Source: Clostridia bacterium
GTDB lineage: Bacteria > Bacillota > Clostridia > Christensenellales > UBA1242
Length of the DNA: 64,000 nucleotides
Assembly: GCA_017501645.1 (NCBI GenBank)
Contig: JAFVWN010000062.1
Coordinates: 2,980-66,979, forward strand
Direction: 5' to 3'
Positions 45,013 through 53,982 of the stretch are shown piece after piece. Below the pieces are notes generated by a model that saw only the letters and a list, made by a program, of their open reading frames with translations, did not search any database and was not told where the DNA came from. How positions within the stretch are numbered: position 1 is the first letter of the stretch; each line of letters opens with the position of its first letter. Both the position numbers and the translations under genes were made by a program.

Positions 45013-48000
45013 GTGAACAAGGAAATCCTGCAGTTCCGCCAACAGTTGAAATTGATGCGAATGGATACTGGGTTATTAATGGTATTCCAACTGAACATCT
45101 TGCACATGGTAAAGATGGTGCAAAATGGTTGTTTGGCAACAATGTCCCAACAACAGAAGGTGTTGTGGGTGACTTCTATTTAAGAGGAGAAACTTGTGAC
45201 ATTTATGAAAAAATAGAAACTGGTTGGGTAAAAATTGGAAACATCAAAGGCTCTGGAACAGTACAAGAAACTGATTCTAAGGCTATTGGTGACCACACTA
45301 TGATTAGTGATGGTTTAACAGAAATGGCAGCAAACGCCGTTGAGTTTGTTGTTGACGACAATACAGGTATTGCTTATGCTGTTTATCTTGCTAGTGAAAC
45401 ATCTCTTGGAGAAAGTAGTGCGCTTGTAAAGATGGCAAAGTTTAACATTTTACAACCAACAAATGTAGAATGGGTAACAGTATTTAATAAAAGCACTGAT
45501 TTTGGCGGAAGTTCATTATCAGAGTGTAATATTATCAACCTCAACAGTAGTACAGTAAGAGTTTATGCAATTAACAAAAATGGCTGGGGATATTATTATA
45601 AGGATGTAAATAAAAAGACTTTAGCACTTGGTGCAAAAACTGAAGTGAAGTTTAAGTCAAGCGAAGCATCTGATCCAGTAGCTCTTAATATTGCAAACTT
45701 AAATACATATATTTCATCAATTGGTGGAAAGTCTTTTGGTGAACTTCAAATGACAACAAAAATCATAGAAGTTGATGGATACTATTATGCAAATCTTGTT
45801 GGTGGAAATGGAACTCAAAATGTATTGTTTGTAAAGTCTAGTGATGGTGCAACTTGGACTCTTCAATCTGTAATTAGACATAGCGCAAACTATGAAGCTA
45901 TGCTAGAGTACCACGATGGTAAGTTCTGGGTAATGTGTAGAAATGGTGTAACAACACCTACATCAAGCACTCAACAAAACTTAATGTATTCAACAGATGG
46001 TATTACTTGGACTCAAAGTAATCTTGCGTTGACTACATCTGATACAAGACCATACTTATTTAGATATCAAGGTGAACTATATCTTGCATATTCTTCACCA
46101 ATGCCTACAAACTATTCAACAGTAAGAAACTGGAGATGTAATATCCATATTGGTAAAATCGTTTCTTCAGGTGGAGTTGAAACTTTTGATGAGGTTATCT
46201 ATAAAGAAAGTAAGTTTGGTATTGTTTACTATGCATTACATGACTGGTATGGCAATATGGTAATGCTATACTCTTCTGGCGAACTCAATCCAACAGAAGG
46301 TTTGATGGGTGGCTGGTCTCAAGGAAAGGACTGCTTGAACTATACAGTTTTAAAAACTCAAGCTCCTGAACTTTCATTCAAGACATTATCATCAATTAGC
46401 GTAACTAATGAACCAAATGTGACAGAGTATGCTGTTGGCGATACTTTTGACCCAACAGGATTAACTGTAAGAGCACAATTTAGCGATAACACATATTCAA
46501 CAGTTACAGGATATACTTTGTCAACACCAGATATGACAACAGCTGGTACAAAAACTATCACTGTTACATATACAGTAAATGGTGTTGCAAAAACTGCGAC
46601 ATTTGATATTGAAGTTTCTCAAATTGAAAAGGTTTTACAATCAATCGAGGTTGTTTCAAATCCAACAAAATCAAACTATTTATTAAATGAAACATTTGAC
46701 CCAAGTGGTTTAGTTGTTAAGGCTAATTATAATATTGGTTCACCAGCAACTATTTCAAACTATTCACTTTCAACACCTGATATGAGTACAGTTGGTACAA
46801 AAACAATTACTGTTTCTTATATCGAAGAGGGCGTAACAAAAACAACTACATTTACTATTGAAGTAAGTGAAGAACTAAGAGAATATAATGAATTTGACTC
46901 TCTTCAATCTTCTGGTGTGCAATATATTAACACTGGGATTAAAACAACAGCAAACACTAAAATTGTTGTAAGAATGAACAAGCCTGACAACAGTGGTGTG
47001 GATGGCGGAAAATGGTTGTTTAGTTCTGCAGATAATAGTAGTGCTCGAAATTTTGGTTTTTGTATTAAACCAGATGGAGCATATGTACTAGACTTTGGTG
47101 GTACAAGATATCAAACAGGCACTATTAACTGGCAAGATGGAGTTAACACAATTACTATTGGTAATGGTGTGTTTACAATAAATGATACAGCTCTTGTTAC
47201 AGGTTTAAGTGTTACAGGAACACCTTCAAATTCTAATAACACACTATATTTCTATCAATCACCAACAAGCACTAATAACACATACTTAGCTGGTATTGTT
47301 TACGAGATTTCAATTTATGAAGGTGATAACCTTGTAATGCATTTAATCCCAGCTCAAAGAACCAGTGATAACAAAATTGGTTTCTATGATACAGTAGGTG
47401 AAGCGTTTATTTTCTCTGCAACAGGAACTGACTTTGCTCAAGGACCTGCAGAAGTTGTTAAGGTGTTGACTGAGATTTCAGTAGTAACCAATCCAACTAC
47501 AACTCAGTATGTAAAGGGAGATGCTTTTGACCCTACTGGTTTAGTAGTCAAAGCAACTTACGAAGATGGTTCATATAAAAATGTAACAAACTATTCTTTA
47601 TCAACACCAGATATGACAACAGCTGGTACAAAAACAATCACTGTAACATATCAAGAAAAAGGTGTAACACAAACAACATCTTTTACAATTACTGTAATTG
47701 ATGTTCAAAAGGTTTTGGATTCTATTGAAATAAAAACCAACCCTACAAAAACAACCTATGCAATAAATGACACATTCTCTTCAAACGGTTTGGTTGTTGT
47801 TGCAAATTACAATGTTGGAAGTCCTGCAATGGTTACTAATTATTCACTTTCAACACCAGATATGACAACAATTGGAACAAAAACAGTTACTGTTTCTTAC
47901 ACAGAAGAGGGTGTGACCAAAACTGCAACTTTTGAAATTGTTGTTACTGAATTAAATTATATTCAGCTTGAATCAGTAACCGCTAATGGTAATCAATATA

Positions 48001-49118
48001 TTGATACTGGTTATACAACAAAAGCGAACACCAAAATTGTTATTGAAATTGATAAGCCAAATGATGAAGATGTAACTGGTGGTAAGTGGTTGTTCAATTC
48101 AACACCATCATCAGGAAACAGGAACTTTGGTTTTAATGTTAAACCATCAGGTGCTTATGTACTTGATTTTGGTAACACAAGATATCAAACAGGAACAATC
48201 AATTGGCAAAATGGTAAAAACACAATTACTATTGGTAATGGTGTATTTACTATTAATGGTGGTGCTTTAGTTACAGGTCTTAATGTAACAGCAACTCCAA
48301 CCACTTCAACAGGAACACTATGGTTCTTAACTGCTGCAAGTTCAGATTCTACAGCATATTTTAAGACAAATATTTATAAGATAGCTGTTTATGAGGGTGA
48401 TACTCTTGTAATGAATTTAGTTCCTGCTCAAAGCAAAGAGAATGGAAGAGTTGGTTTCTATGATACAGTAGCCGATAGTTTTGTTTGTTCATCAACAGCG
48501 AGCGACTTTACATCTAATTCTTCAGTAGACATTGAAGAAACTTATACAACTCTTCAATCTGTAACTACAGATGGCACGGGTTATATCAACACTGGTTACA
48601 CAACAACAGCAAACACTAAAGTTGTTGTAACAATGGAAAAACCTGATAATAGTGGTGTAACTGGTGGAAAATGGTTGTTTTCATCAGATGCGAGAAATTC
48701 ATCAACAAAGAATTTTGGTTTCTGTATTAAAGAAAATGGTGCTTATGTTTTAGATATAGGTGGTACTAGATATGATACAGGCACTATTAATTGGCAAGAT
48801 GGAGAAAATACTATTACAATTGGTAATGGCGAGTTTTCTATCAATGATACTGATTTAGTTACTGGCTTAAATATTACTACAAGTTCAGGAAATTCAGCTG
48901 TTCCTCTTCATATATTCACAACTCTTAACACAACATCAACAACATACTTTGCTGGTACTGTTTATGAGATTTCAATATATGAGGGAGATACTCTTGCAAT
49001 GCATTTAGTTCCTAGCAAGAGAGGTAGTGATGGAAAAGTTGGTTTCTATGATACAATAAGTGAAGCATTCTTTGTTTCATCAACTGGTACAGGTTTAACT
49101 GGCGGAGCTGAAGTCTAA
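44736..49118 (+). CDS. 1460-aa surface lipoprotein: N-terminal GDYYxD..NIKG modules, Asp-box/sialidase-like beta-propeller region, 4 Big_3-type Ig-like domains, and 3 copies of an unclassified ~190-aa module
   Basis: ATG 44736 after GGAGG. Lipobox LVGCS. SSDGATW and STDGITW Asp-boxes. Ig repeats (YAVGDTFDPTGLTV..AGTKTITVTY). The ORF-track start at 44592 is actually the -35 box. Confidence 0.8.
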   Translation: MKKQKVENSTKKKGFFKKSLALALVAGTLAVSSVGLVGCSDGKDGKNGSTWFSGQDAPFESTGKIGDYYFDTDDFNIYKKGETGWVIISNIKGEQGNPAVPPTVEIDANGYWVINGIPTEHLAHGKDGAKWLFGNNVPTTEGVVGDFYLRGETCDIYEKIETGWVKIGNIKGSGTVQETDSKAIGDHTMISDGLTEMAANAVEFVVDDNTGIAYAVYLASETSLGESSALVKMAKFNILQPTNVEWVTVFNKSTDFGGSSLSECNIINLNSSTVRVYAINKNGWGYYYKDVNKKTLALGAKTEVKFKSSEASDPVALNIANLNTYISSIGGKSFGELQMTTKIIEVDGYYYANLVGGNGTQNVLFVKSSDGATWTLQSVIRHSANYEAMLEYHDGKFWVMCRNGVTTPTSSTQQNLMYSTDGITWTQSNLALTTSDTRPYLFRYQGELYLAYSSPMPTNYSTVRNWRCNIHIGKIVSSGGVETFDEVIYKESKFGIVYYALHDWYGNMVMLYSSGELNPTEGLMGGWSQGKDCLNYTVLKTQAPELSFKTLSSISVTNEPNVTEYAVGDTFDPTGLTVRAQFSDNTYSTVTGYTLSTPDMTTAGTKTITVTYTVNGVAKTATFDIEVSQIEKVLQSIEVVSNPTKSNYLLNETFDPSGLVVKANYNIGSPATISNYSLSTPDMSTVGTKTITVSYIEEGVTKTTTFTIEVSEELREYNEFDSLQSSGVQYINTGIKTTANTKIVVRMNKPDNSGVDGGKWLFSSADNSSARNFGFCIKPDGAYVLDFGGTRYQTGTINWQDGVNTITIGNGVFTINDTALVTGLSVTGTPSNSNNTLYFYQSPTSTNNTYLAGIVYEISIYEGDNLVMHLIPAQRTSDNKIGFYDTVGEAFIFSATGTDFAQGPAEVVKVLTEISVVTNPTTTQYVKGDAFDPTGLVVKATYEDGSYKNVTNYSLSTPDMTTAGTKTITVTYQEKGVTQTTSFTITVIDVQKVLDSIEIKTNPTKTTYAINDTFSSNGLVVVANYNVGSPAMVTNYSLSTPDMTTIGTKTVTVSYTEEGVTKTATFEIVVTELNYIQLESVTANGNQYIDTGYTTKANTKIVIEIDKPNDEDVTGGKWLFNSTPSSGNRNFGFNVKPSGAYVLDFGNTRYQTGTINWQNGKNTITIGNGVFTINGGALVTGLNVTATPTTSTGTLWFLTAASSDSTAYFKTNIYKIAVYEGDTLVMNLVPAQSKENGRVGFYDTVADSFVCSSTASDFTSNSSVDIEETYTTLQSVTTDGTGYINTGYTTTANTKVVVTMEKPDNSGVTGGKWLFSSDARNSSTKNFGFCIKENGAYVLDIGGTRYDTGTINWQDGENTITIGNGEFSINDTDLVTGLNITTSSGNSAVPLHIFTTLNTTSTTYFAGTVYEISIYEGDTLAMHLVPSKRGSDGKVGFYDTISEAFFVSSTGTGLTGGAEV

Positions 49119-49145
49119 AAAATAATTGAATCAAATAATACTAAA

Positions 49146-49184
49146 AGAGTAAAAGAGCGATTATTCTCTCTTTACTCTTTTTTT
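49146..49184 (+). terminator. Rho-independent terminator
   Basis: AGAGTAAAAGAG / CTCTCTTTACTCT imperfect stem followed by T7. Confidence 0.65.
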
Positions 49185-49245
49185 GTTTGTTTTTTAATGT
49201 TAAATATAAGAAAAGATTGTTTGTTAATAAAATTAAAAAAATTAA

Positions 49246-49689
49246 AAAAAGGGGTTAAAATCGCTTGACATTTTCGTGGGGGGGGGGGGGTAAAAATATA
49301 TTATGAAAGTATAAAGAAAAATTCTCTATCAATACTAATAAGAAAAGTGATGCGATTTCTTATTAGAAAAGTAAAAAGAGTTTGCTTATACAAAATATAC
49401 GGAGGAAGTTATGAAAAAACAAAAAGTAGAAAAATCTACGAAGAAGAAAGGCTTTTTCAAAAGAGGCTTGGCACTAGCGTTGGTTGCAGGAACAATGGCT
49501 GTTGGTTCTATTGGACTTGTTGGTTGTAGTGCTGGTGAAAAAGGAGCAGATGGTTCAACTTGGTTTAGTGGAAAAGACACTCCTTTTGAGTCTACAGGAA
49601 AAATTGGTGATTTTTATTTTGATACTGATGACTATAACATTTACCAAAAAGGTGAAACTGGTTGGGTGATTATTTCTAACATCAAAGGA
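49246..49689 (+). repeat. Copy 2 of the duplicated promoter/5'UTR/signal-peptide module
   Basis: See 44573-45012. Confidence 0.9.
49265..49296 (+). promoter_or_regulatory. Candidate phase-variable promoter: TTGACA - TTTTCGT - G13 - TAAAAA
   Basis: Perfect -35 at 49265-49270, G run 49278-49290. Confidence 0.55.
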
Positions 49690-52119
49690 CCTCAGGGTGA
49701 TGTTGGTCAAACTGGACCTCAAGGCCCTCAAGGTGAACCTGGTACACCGGGTGAACCGGGAACTCCTGGTACCCCAGCAGAAGACCCGCTTATTGAAATT
49801 AATGAAGATGGGTATTGGGTTATTAATGGTACTGAGACAGATGTTCTTGCAAAGGGCCAAGATGGCGAAGATGGTGAAATGCCAGTTATTGAAATCAATA
49901 CTGAGGGATACTGGGTTATTAATGGAGACCCTACAACTATAAAGGCTACAGGTAGCGAAGGACCAGAAGGTCCAAAAGGAGATGCTGGTGCATCATTCTT
50001 AACAGGTAAAGGTGCTCCTGATAGTACTTTAGGAAATGACAATGATGTTTATTTGGATGAAAACTCTTATGAACTTTATAAAAAGACTTCTGGAGTTTGG
50101 GCATCTATTGGTAACATAAAGGGTGATAAGGGTGATAGCGGTGATGTTGTTATTACTAATGGCCCTCTTTATGGCAAGACAATCCTTGCAATTGGAGATA
50201 GTTATGTAAAAGGACACACTTCTCCAGAGGCTGACACTTGGATTTCTCAACTTGCAACAAGAAATAGTATGACTAAGTATGTTTATGCTCAAAACGGCAT
50301 AAGTGTTTCTCACGCAACAACTGCTTCTTCAAGCGGACTTGTTGATATGATAGATATGATTACTACAAATGTTGCAAAAACAGATTATATTGTGTTTTTA
50401 GCAGGTCATAATGATGCAAACCCACAATTAAATGGTGGTACAGCAGTCCCAATTGGAACAAATGATGACAATACTGTTACAACATACAAAGGCTCTTTGA
50501 ATATTATTATTGAGGCTTTAACAGAAAAATATCCAACAGCAAAAATATTGTTCTTAACACCATTCAATAGAAGAGCTATCGAAGAGCCATATGTTACAGC
50601 TATGCAAGAAGTTTGTGCGAAGTGGGCAATCCCTTGCTTTGACAACTATCATAATAGTGGTATAAGTTGGCAAAATCCAGCACAAAAAGAAGCTTACGAA
50701 AGTGATTCTCTTCACTTTAATAAAGCTGGTCACGAGAGAATTTCTTTGATGTATCAATCAATTTTAGAAAACAACTTAGTTATTGGTGGAAACATCATTG
50801 ACGGTGTTGGTGATGGAGATTGTTCTTGCGATAATACTACTAGTGGAGGAAACAACTCTGGTAGTGGAGATAATACTGGTGGTAACACAGGATCAGAGGG
50901 TGGTGGTAACAGCGGAAGTGAAGTTACTCCTCCAACTGGTGGAGGCGAAGATGTTGGTTTAACATTTAGCTTTGTTACTCACAGCACAGGAGAGAATACA
51001 AGAGCGGTAGCTACTTATACATTTACTGCTGGTCAAACAATAGATTTTGCTGATGTTTCAAATGGTGCAATTTATAAGTATGCGGTAGGTCCAGGAAATA
51101 ATGGTGTTGCAACTTCTTGGATTGGTGGTGGATATCAAACTGCTGGTACACCCTGCACGATTCCAACATCCGGACTTTATACAATTATGATTGCAAAAGT
51201 TGATAGTGCAAACCCTGATATGACAGATGTTGAACTTGAAGCATTCTCAACATTTTTTGTGATTACTGAAGTTGGTGGTGGTTCTTCTGGTTCAGGTGGC
51301 GATGGTTCAGGTACTGGTGGTACAGAAACAGAAGACCCAGAAACTCCAGAAGTTCCCGATTCTATATTTGACGATACAGCAACAGAGATTACTTTCGATT
51401 CAAGAACTTTAACAGTTGTTGAAGATTTAGCAGAAATGGAGTTTGTTGCTGGTAAAACTCTAGGTGGACCACAAAATGTTGTGTATAGTGATTCTGTAGG
51501 TAGAGCGGTTTCTCAAACTCATGTTTTAAAAGTTAACAAAAATGTAACATATTATTTTACAAACGAAGCAATGGAAGCTGGTGTTACATATGTTGCATAT
51601 GCATTTAGCGGAGCTCCATTGTCTCAAGCGACATATTATGCAGATGAGTCTGTTTCTGTATACTCTCAATCAAATTTAGTTTTAACAAGCGCAACAAAAT
51701 ATTTGTTGATTATTTTTAAAAATGGTGGTGGTACAACTGATTTTTCAAGTGATGATTTATTAAAGTTACCATTATATTTCACAACAGAAGAACCTGATTT
51801 TGAGCCTCTTTGGTTAACAGACTTCAATAACTCAGCACAAGCAAATAGGGCAATAGCAACAATTTCTCTTGATGTGGGATATACTGTGGATTTTATAAAT
51901 GATTCAATTTGGGAAACCTATAAATATGCCATTGGACCAGGAACTAAGGGTGCTGCAACTACTTGGATTGGTGGTGGTTATCAAAACCAAGGAACACCTT
52001 GTACAATTCCTTCAAAAAATACTTATACAATTATGATTGCAAAACAAGACAATTCTGATTTTACAGAACAAGACTTAGCGTTTCTTAAAGGTTATATGTC
52101 TATTCAACCTGCGGAATAG
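49411..52119 (+). CDS. 902-aa surface lipoprotein: shared N-module, short collagen-like GXY tract, SGNH/GDSL hydrolase domain, G/S linkers, and two copies of an unclassified C-terminal domain
   Basis: Lipobox LVGCS. GPQGDVGQTGPQGPQGEPGTPGEPGTPG. SGNH blocks AIGDSYVKG and DSLHFNKAGH. Twin domains containing YKYA(V/I)GPG..W IGGGYQ..GTPCTIP..YTIMIAK. Confidence 0.8.
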   Translation: MKKQKVEKSTKKKGFFKRGLALALVAGTMAVGSIGLVGCSAGEKGADGSTWFSGKDTPFESTGKIGDFYFDTDDYNIYQKGETGWVIISNIKGPQGDVGQTGPQGPQGEPGTPGEPGTPGTPAEDPLIEINEDGYWVINGTETDVLAKGQDGEDGEMPVIEINTEGYWVINGDPTTIKATGSEGPEGPKGDAGASFLTGKGAPDSTLGNDNDVYLDENSYELYKKTSGVWASIGNIKGDKGDSGDVVITNGPLYGKTILAIGDSYVKGHTSPEADTWISQLATRNSMTKYVYAQNGISVSHATTASSSGLVDMIDMITTNVAKTDYIVFLAGHNDANPQLNGGTAVPIGTNDDNTVTTYKGSLNIIIEALTEKYPTAKILFLTPFNRRAIEEPYVTAMQEVCAKWAIPCFDNYHNSGISWQNPAQKEAYESDSLHFNKAGHERISLMYQSILENNLVIGGNIIDGVGDGDCSCDNTTSGGNNSGSGDNTGGNTGSEGGGNSGSEVTPPTGGGEDVGLTFSFVTHSTGENTRAVATYTFTAGQTIDFADVSNGAIYKYAVGPGNNGVATSWIGGGYQTAGTPCTIPTSGLYTIMIAKVDSANPDMTDVELEAFSTFFVITEVGGGSSGSGGDGSGTGGTETEDPETPEVPDSIFDDTATEITFDSRTLTVVEDLAEMEFVAGKTLGGPQNVVYSDSVGRAVSQTHVLKVNKNVTYYFTNEAMEAGVTYVAYAFSGAPLSQATYYADESVSVYSQSNLVLTSATKYLLIIFKNGGGTTDFSSDDLLKLPLYFTTEEPDFEPLWLTDFNNSAQANRAIATISLDVGYTVDFINDSIWETYKYAIGPGTKGAATTWIGGGYQNQGTPCTIPSKNTYTIMIAKQDNSDFTEQDLAFLKGYMSIQPAE

Positions 52120-52252
52120 TATAGAAAGAAAAACACCTTACTTTTTAAGTAAAGTGTTTTTGTTGAGTCTAATAATATAAAATTAATTATTGAAAATAAA
52201 AAACACATTAAAAATTAGTTAATGTGTTTTTTTTGATGAAAAGCATTTATTC

Positions 52253-53500
52253 TTAGCCTTGTTTGTTGTGGTTTTTAATTAAGTATTCATATCTTTCCAT
52301 TGTTCTTTTTGCTACATCATCCCAAGAAACATAGAGTTCGTTGTGTGCATTTTCTGCAATTTCTTTAAGTTTTTCAGGGTTGCTGATAGCCTCTTTAATA
52401 GTAGATGCAAAGTCTTCAGCGGTTTCTTTACAAAGGAAACCATTATGCCTGTCAATGATTGTTCCTGCAGTAGCGGTGTTTTCAATAAACACACCTGCCG
52501 TTTTATAAGTGGCAGCCTCAATTTGAACCAAAGAAGAGGTGTCGTAGGTGCTAGGGAAGAGGAATAGGTTTGCTCTTTGATAATAGCCTGCAAGTTCCTC
52601 TCTGTCGTCTATTCTGCCTGTTTGGATAACTTTATCTTCAAGATTATATTCTTTAATTTTGTCGGTTAGTTTTTGGTCATCTGGGCCATTGCCAACGAAG
52701 AACATTCTAAAATCTAAACCTTGCTTATTGAGAATGTTTAAACTGTCCATAATTAGGAAAATATTCTTTTGAGTAACAATTCTTCCAACAAAGGTAAAAA
52801 CGGGCACATCTTCTGTTATATTATATTTTTTGTTTATGATTTCGTTTAAGTACTCAGGGTTTTCAGGGATCTTATAATCTGTTGCGTTTGGTACAAAATA
52901 GAAATTATCTTTTTTATAGCCATACTCTTTTAAAACATTTGCAACTTTTTGGTGCATTGTCCAAACCTCAGTGCTTTTGTTATAGACTTTAACAACATTT
53001 TTTATAAGAGCCTTTGTTAAAAGTTCGCTGTTGTTTGTATGGTGCATAAAGTCTTGTTTATATTGGCTGTGCATAGTCATAACCATTGGAACATTTCTTT
53101 TCTTTGCAAGTTTACCTGCAAATACACCCATACTAAAAGCACTGTGGGTGTGAATTAAGTCAATTTTAATTTTCTTTACGATTTTTGTAAGGTAGTTATC
53201 AAGGTTAGGGAAAGCTAAATCATAATTTACAAACTTAAAATACACACTCGCAACACCAATAACCAAATATTTATCGTGTTTAACGGTTAAATTTTTGTGT
53301 TTTGGAACAATAAGAATTATGTTATATTTTTCAGCTTGTCTAACAGCATAATTTTCCATAACTTTAATTACGCCGTCAACAATAGGGTAATAAGTATCAC
53401 AGATATGAACAATGGTTTTTTTGCCGTTGTTATTGTATTCTTCAATAGTTTTTTCTATATAGGCTTTATATTCTTTATCTTGCTTTTCTTCATTTTTCAT
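52253..53500 (-). CDS. Family-4 (GT-B) glycosyltransferase
   Basis: C-terminal EX7E-type region (FLFPSTYDTSSLVQIEA), ~415 aa, N-terminal GT4-like fold pattern. Confidence 0.75.
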   Translation of the reverse strand: MKNEEKQDKEYKAYIEKTIEEYNNNGKKTIVHICDTYYPIVDGVIKVMENYAVRQAEKYNIILIVPKHKNLTVKHDKYLVIGVASVYFKFVNYDLAFPNLDNYLTKIVKKIKIDLIHTHSAFSMGVFAGKLAKKRNVPMVMTMHSQYKQDFMHHTNNSELLTKALIKNVVKVYNKSTEVWTMHQKVANVLKEYGYKKDNFYFVPNATDYKIPENPEYLNEIINKKYNITEDVPVFTFVGRIVTQKNIFLIMDSLNILNKQGLDFRMFFVGNGPDDQKLTDKIKEYNLEDKVIQTGRIDDREELAGYYQRANLFLFPSTYDTSSLVQIEAATYKTAGVFIENTATAGTIIDRHNGFLCKETAEDFASTIKEAISNPEKLKEIAENAHNELYVSWDDVAKRTMERYEYLIKNHNKQG

Positions 53501-53635
53501 AATTTAGTCCTCTTGTATTTATAATAGCACAATAAAGCTGTAAGAGGCAAACATAATATTAAAATGCTTTAAATAATTTCTAGGTTAATTAATACTGTAT
53601 AATCTTAACATAATATTTTTAACTTGTTTATTTGG

Positions 53636-53679
53636 TTGACAATATGAAAAAATATTCATATACTCTTGAGTGAATATAA
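53636..53679 (+). promoter_or_regulatory. Promoter TTGACA-17-TATACT overlapped by inverted repeats ATATGAA..TTCATAT and ATATTCA-N12-TGAATAT (candidate ArsR/SmtB operator)
   Basis: Read directly; lies immediately upstream of the ArsR-family gene. Confidence 0.6.
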
Positions 53680-53691
53680 AAAGAGGTAAAT

Positions 53692-53979
53692 ATGGATAGG
53701 CAAGAAATTGAAAAACTTAGTAGTTTTTATAAGGTGTTAGCTGAGAAAAATAGGCTTGGGATTTTGTCTTTACTAGAACGCCAAGATATGTGTGTTCACG
53801 AGCTTATGTGTAAACTTAGTATCTCACAATCTTTGGTGTCTCATCAATTAAAAATTTTGAGAGATGCTAATGTTGTGGTAACAAGAAGAAGAGGAAATGA
53901 GGTTGTTTATAGTCTTGCAGACAAGCATATAGAAGTACTGCTAGACATAGCAAAAGAACATATAAATGAAGGTAAGTAA
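53692..53979 (+). CDS. ArsR/SmtB-family metalloregulator (CadC-like)
   Basis: Winged HTH: FKVLAEKNRLGILSLLERQDMCVHELMCKLSISQSLVSHQLKILRDANVV. Confidence 0.85.
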   Translation: MDRQEIEKLSSFYKVLAEKNRLGILSLLERQDMCVHELMCKLSISQSLVSHQLKILRDANVVVTRRRGNEVVYSLADKHIEVLLDIAKEHINEGK

Positions 53980-53982
53980 TTT

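Noticed and set aside
44592-52119. Diversity-generating retroelement or invertible-promoter mechanism for the variable surface proteins
   Set aside because: No reverse transcriptase, template repeat, recombinase or inverted repeats flank the promoters. Only the homopolymer mechanism is supported by the sequence.
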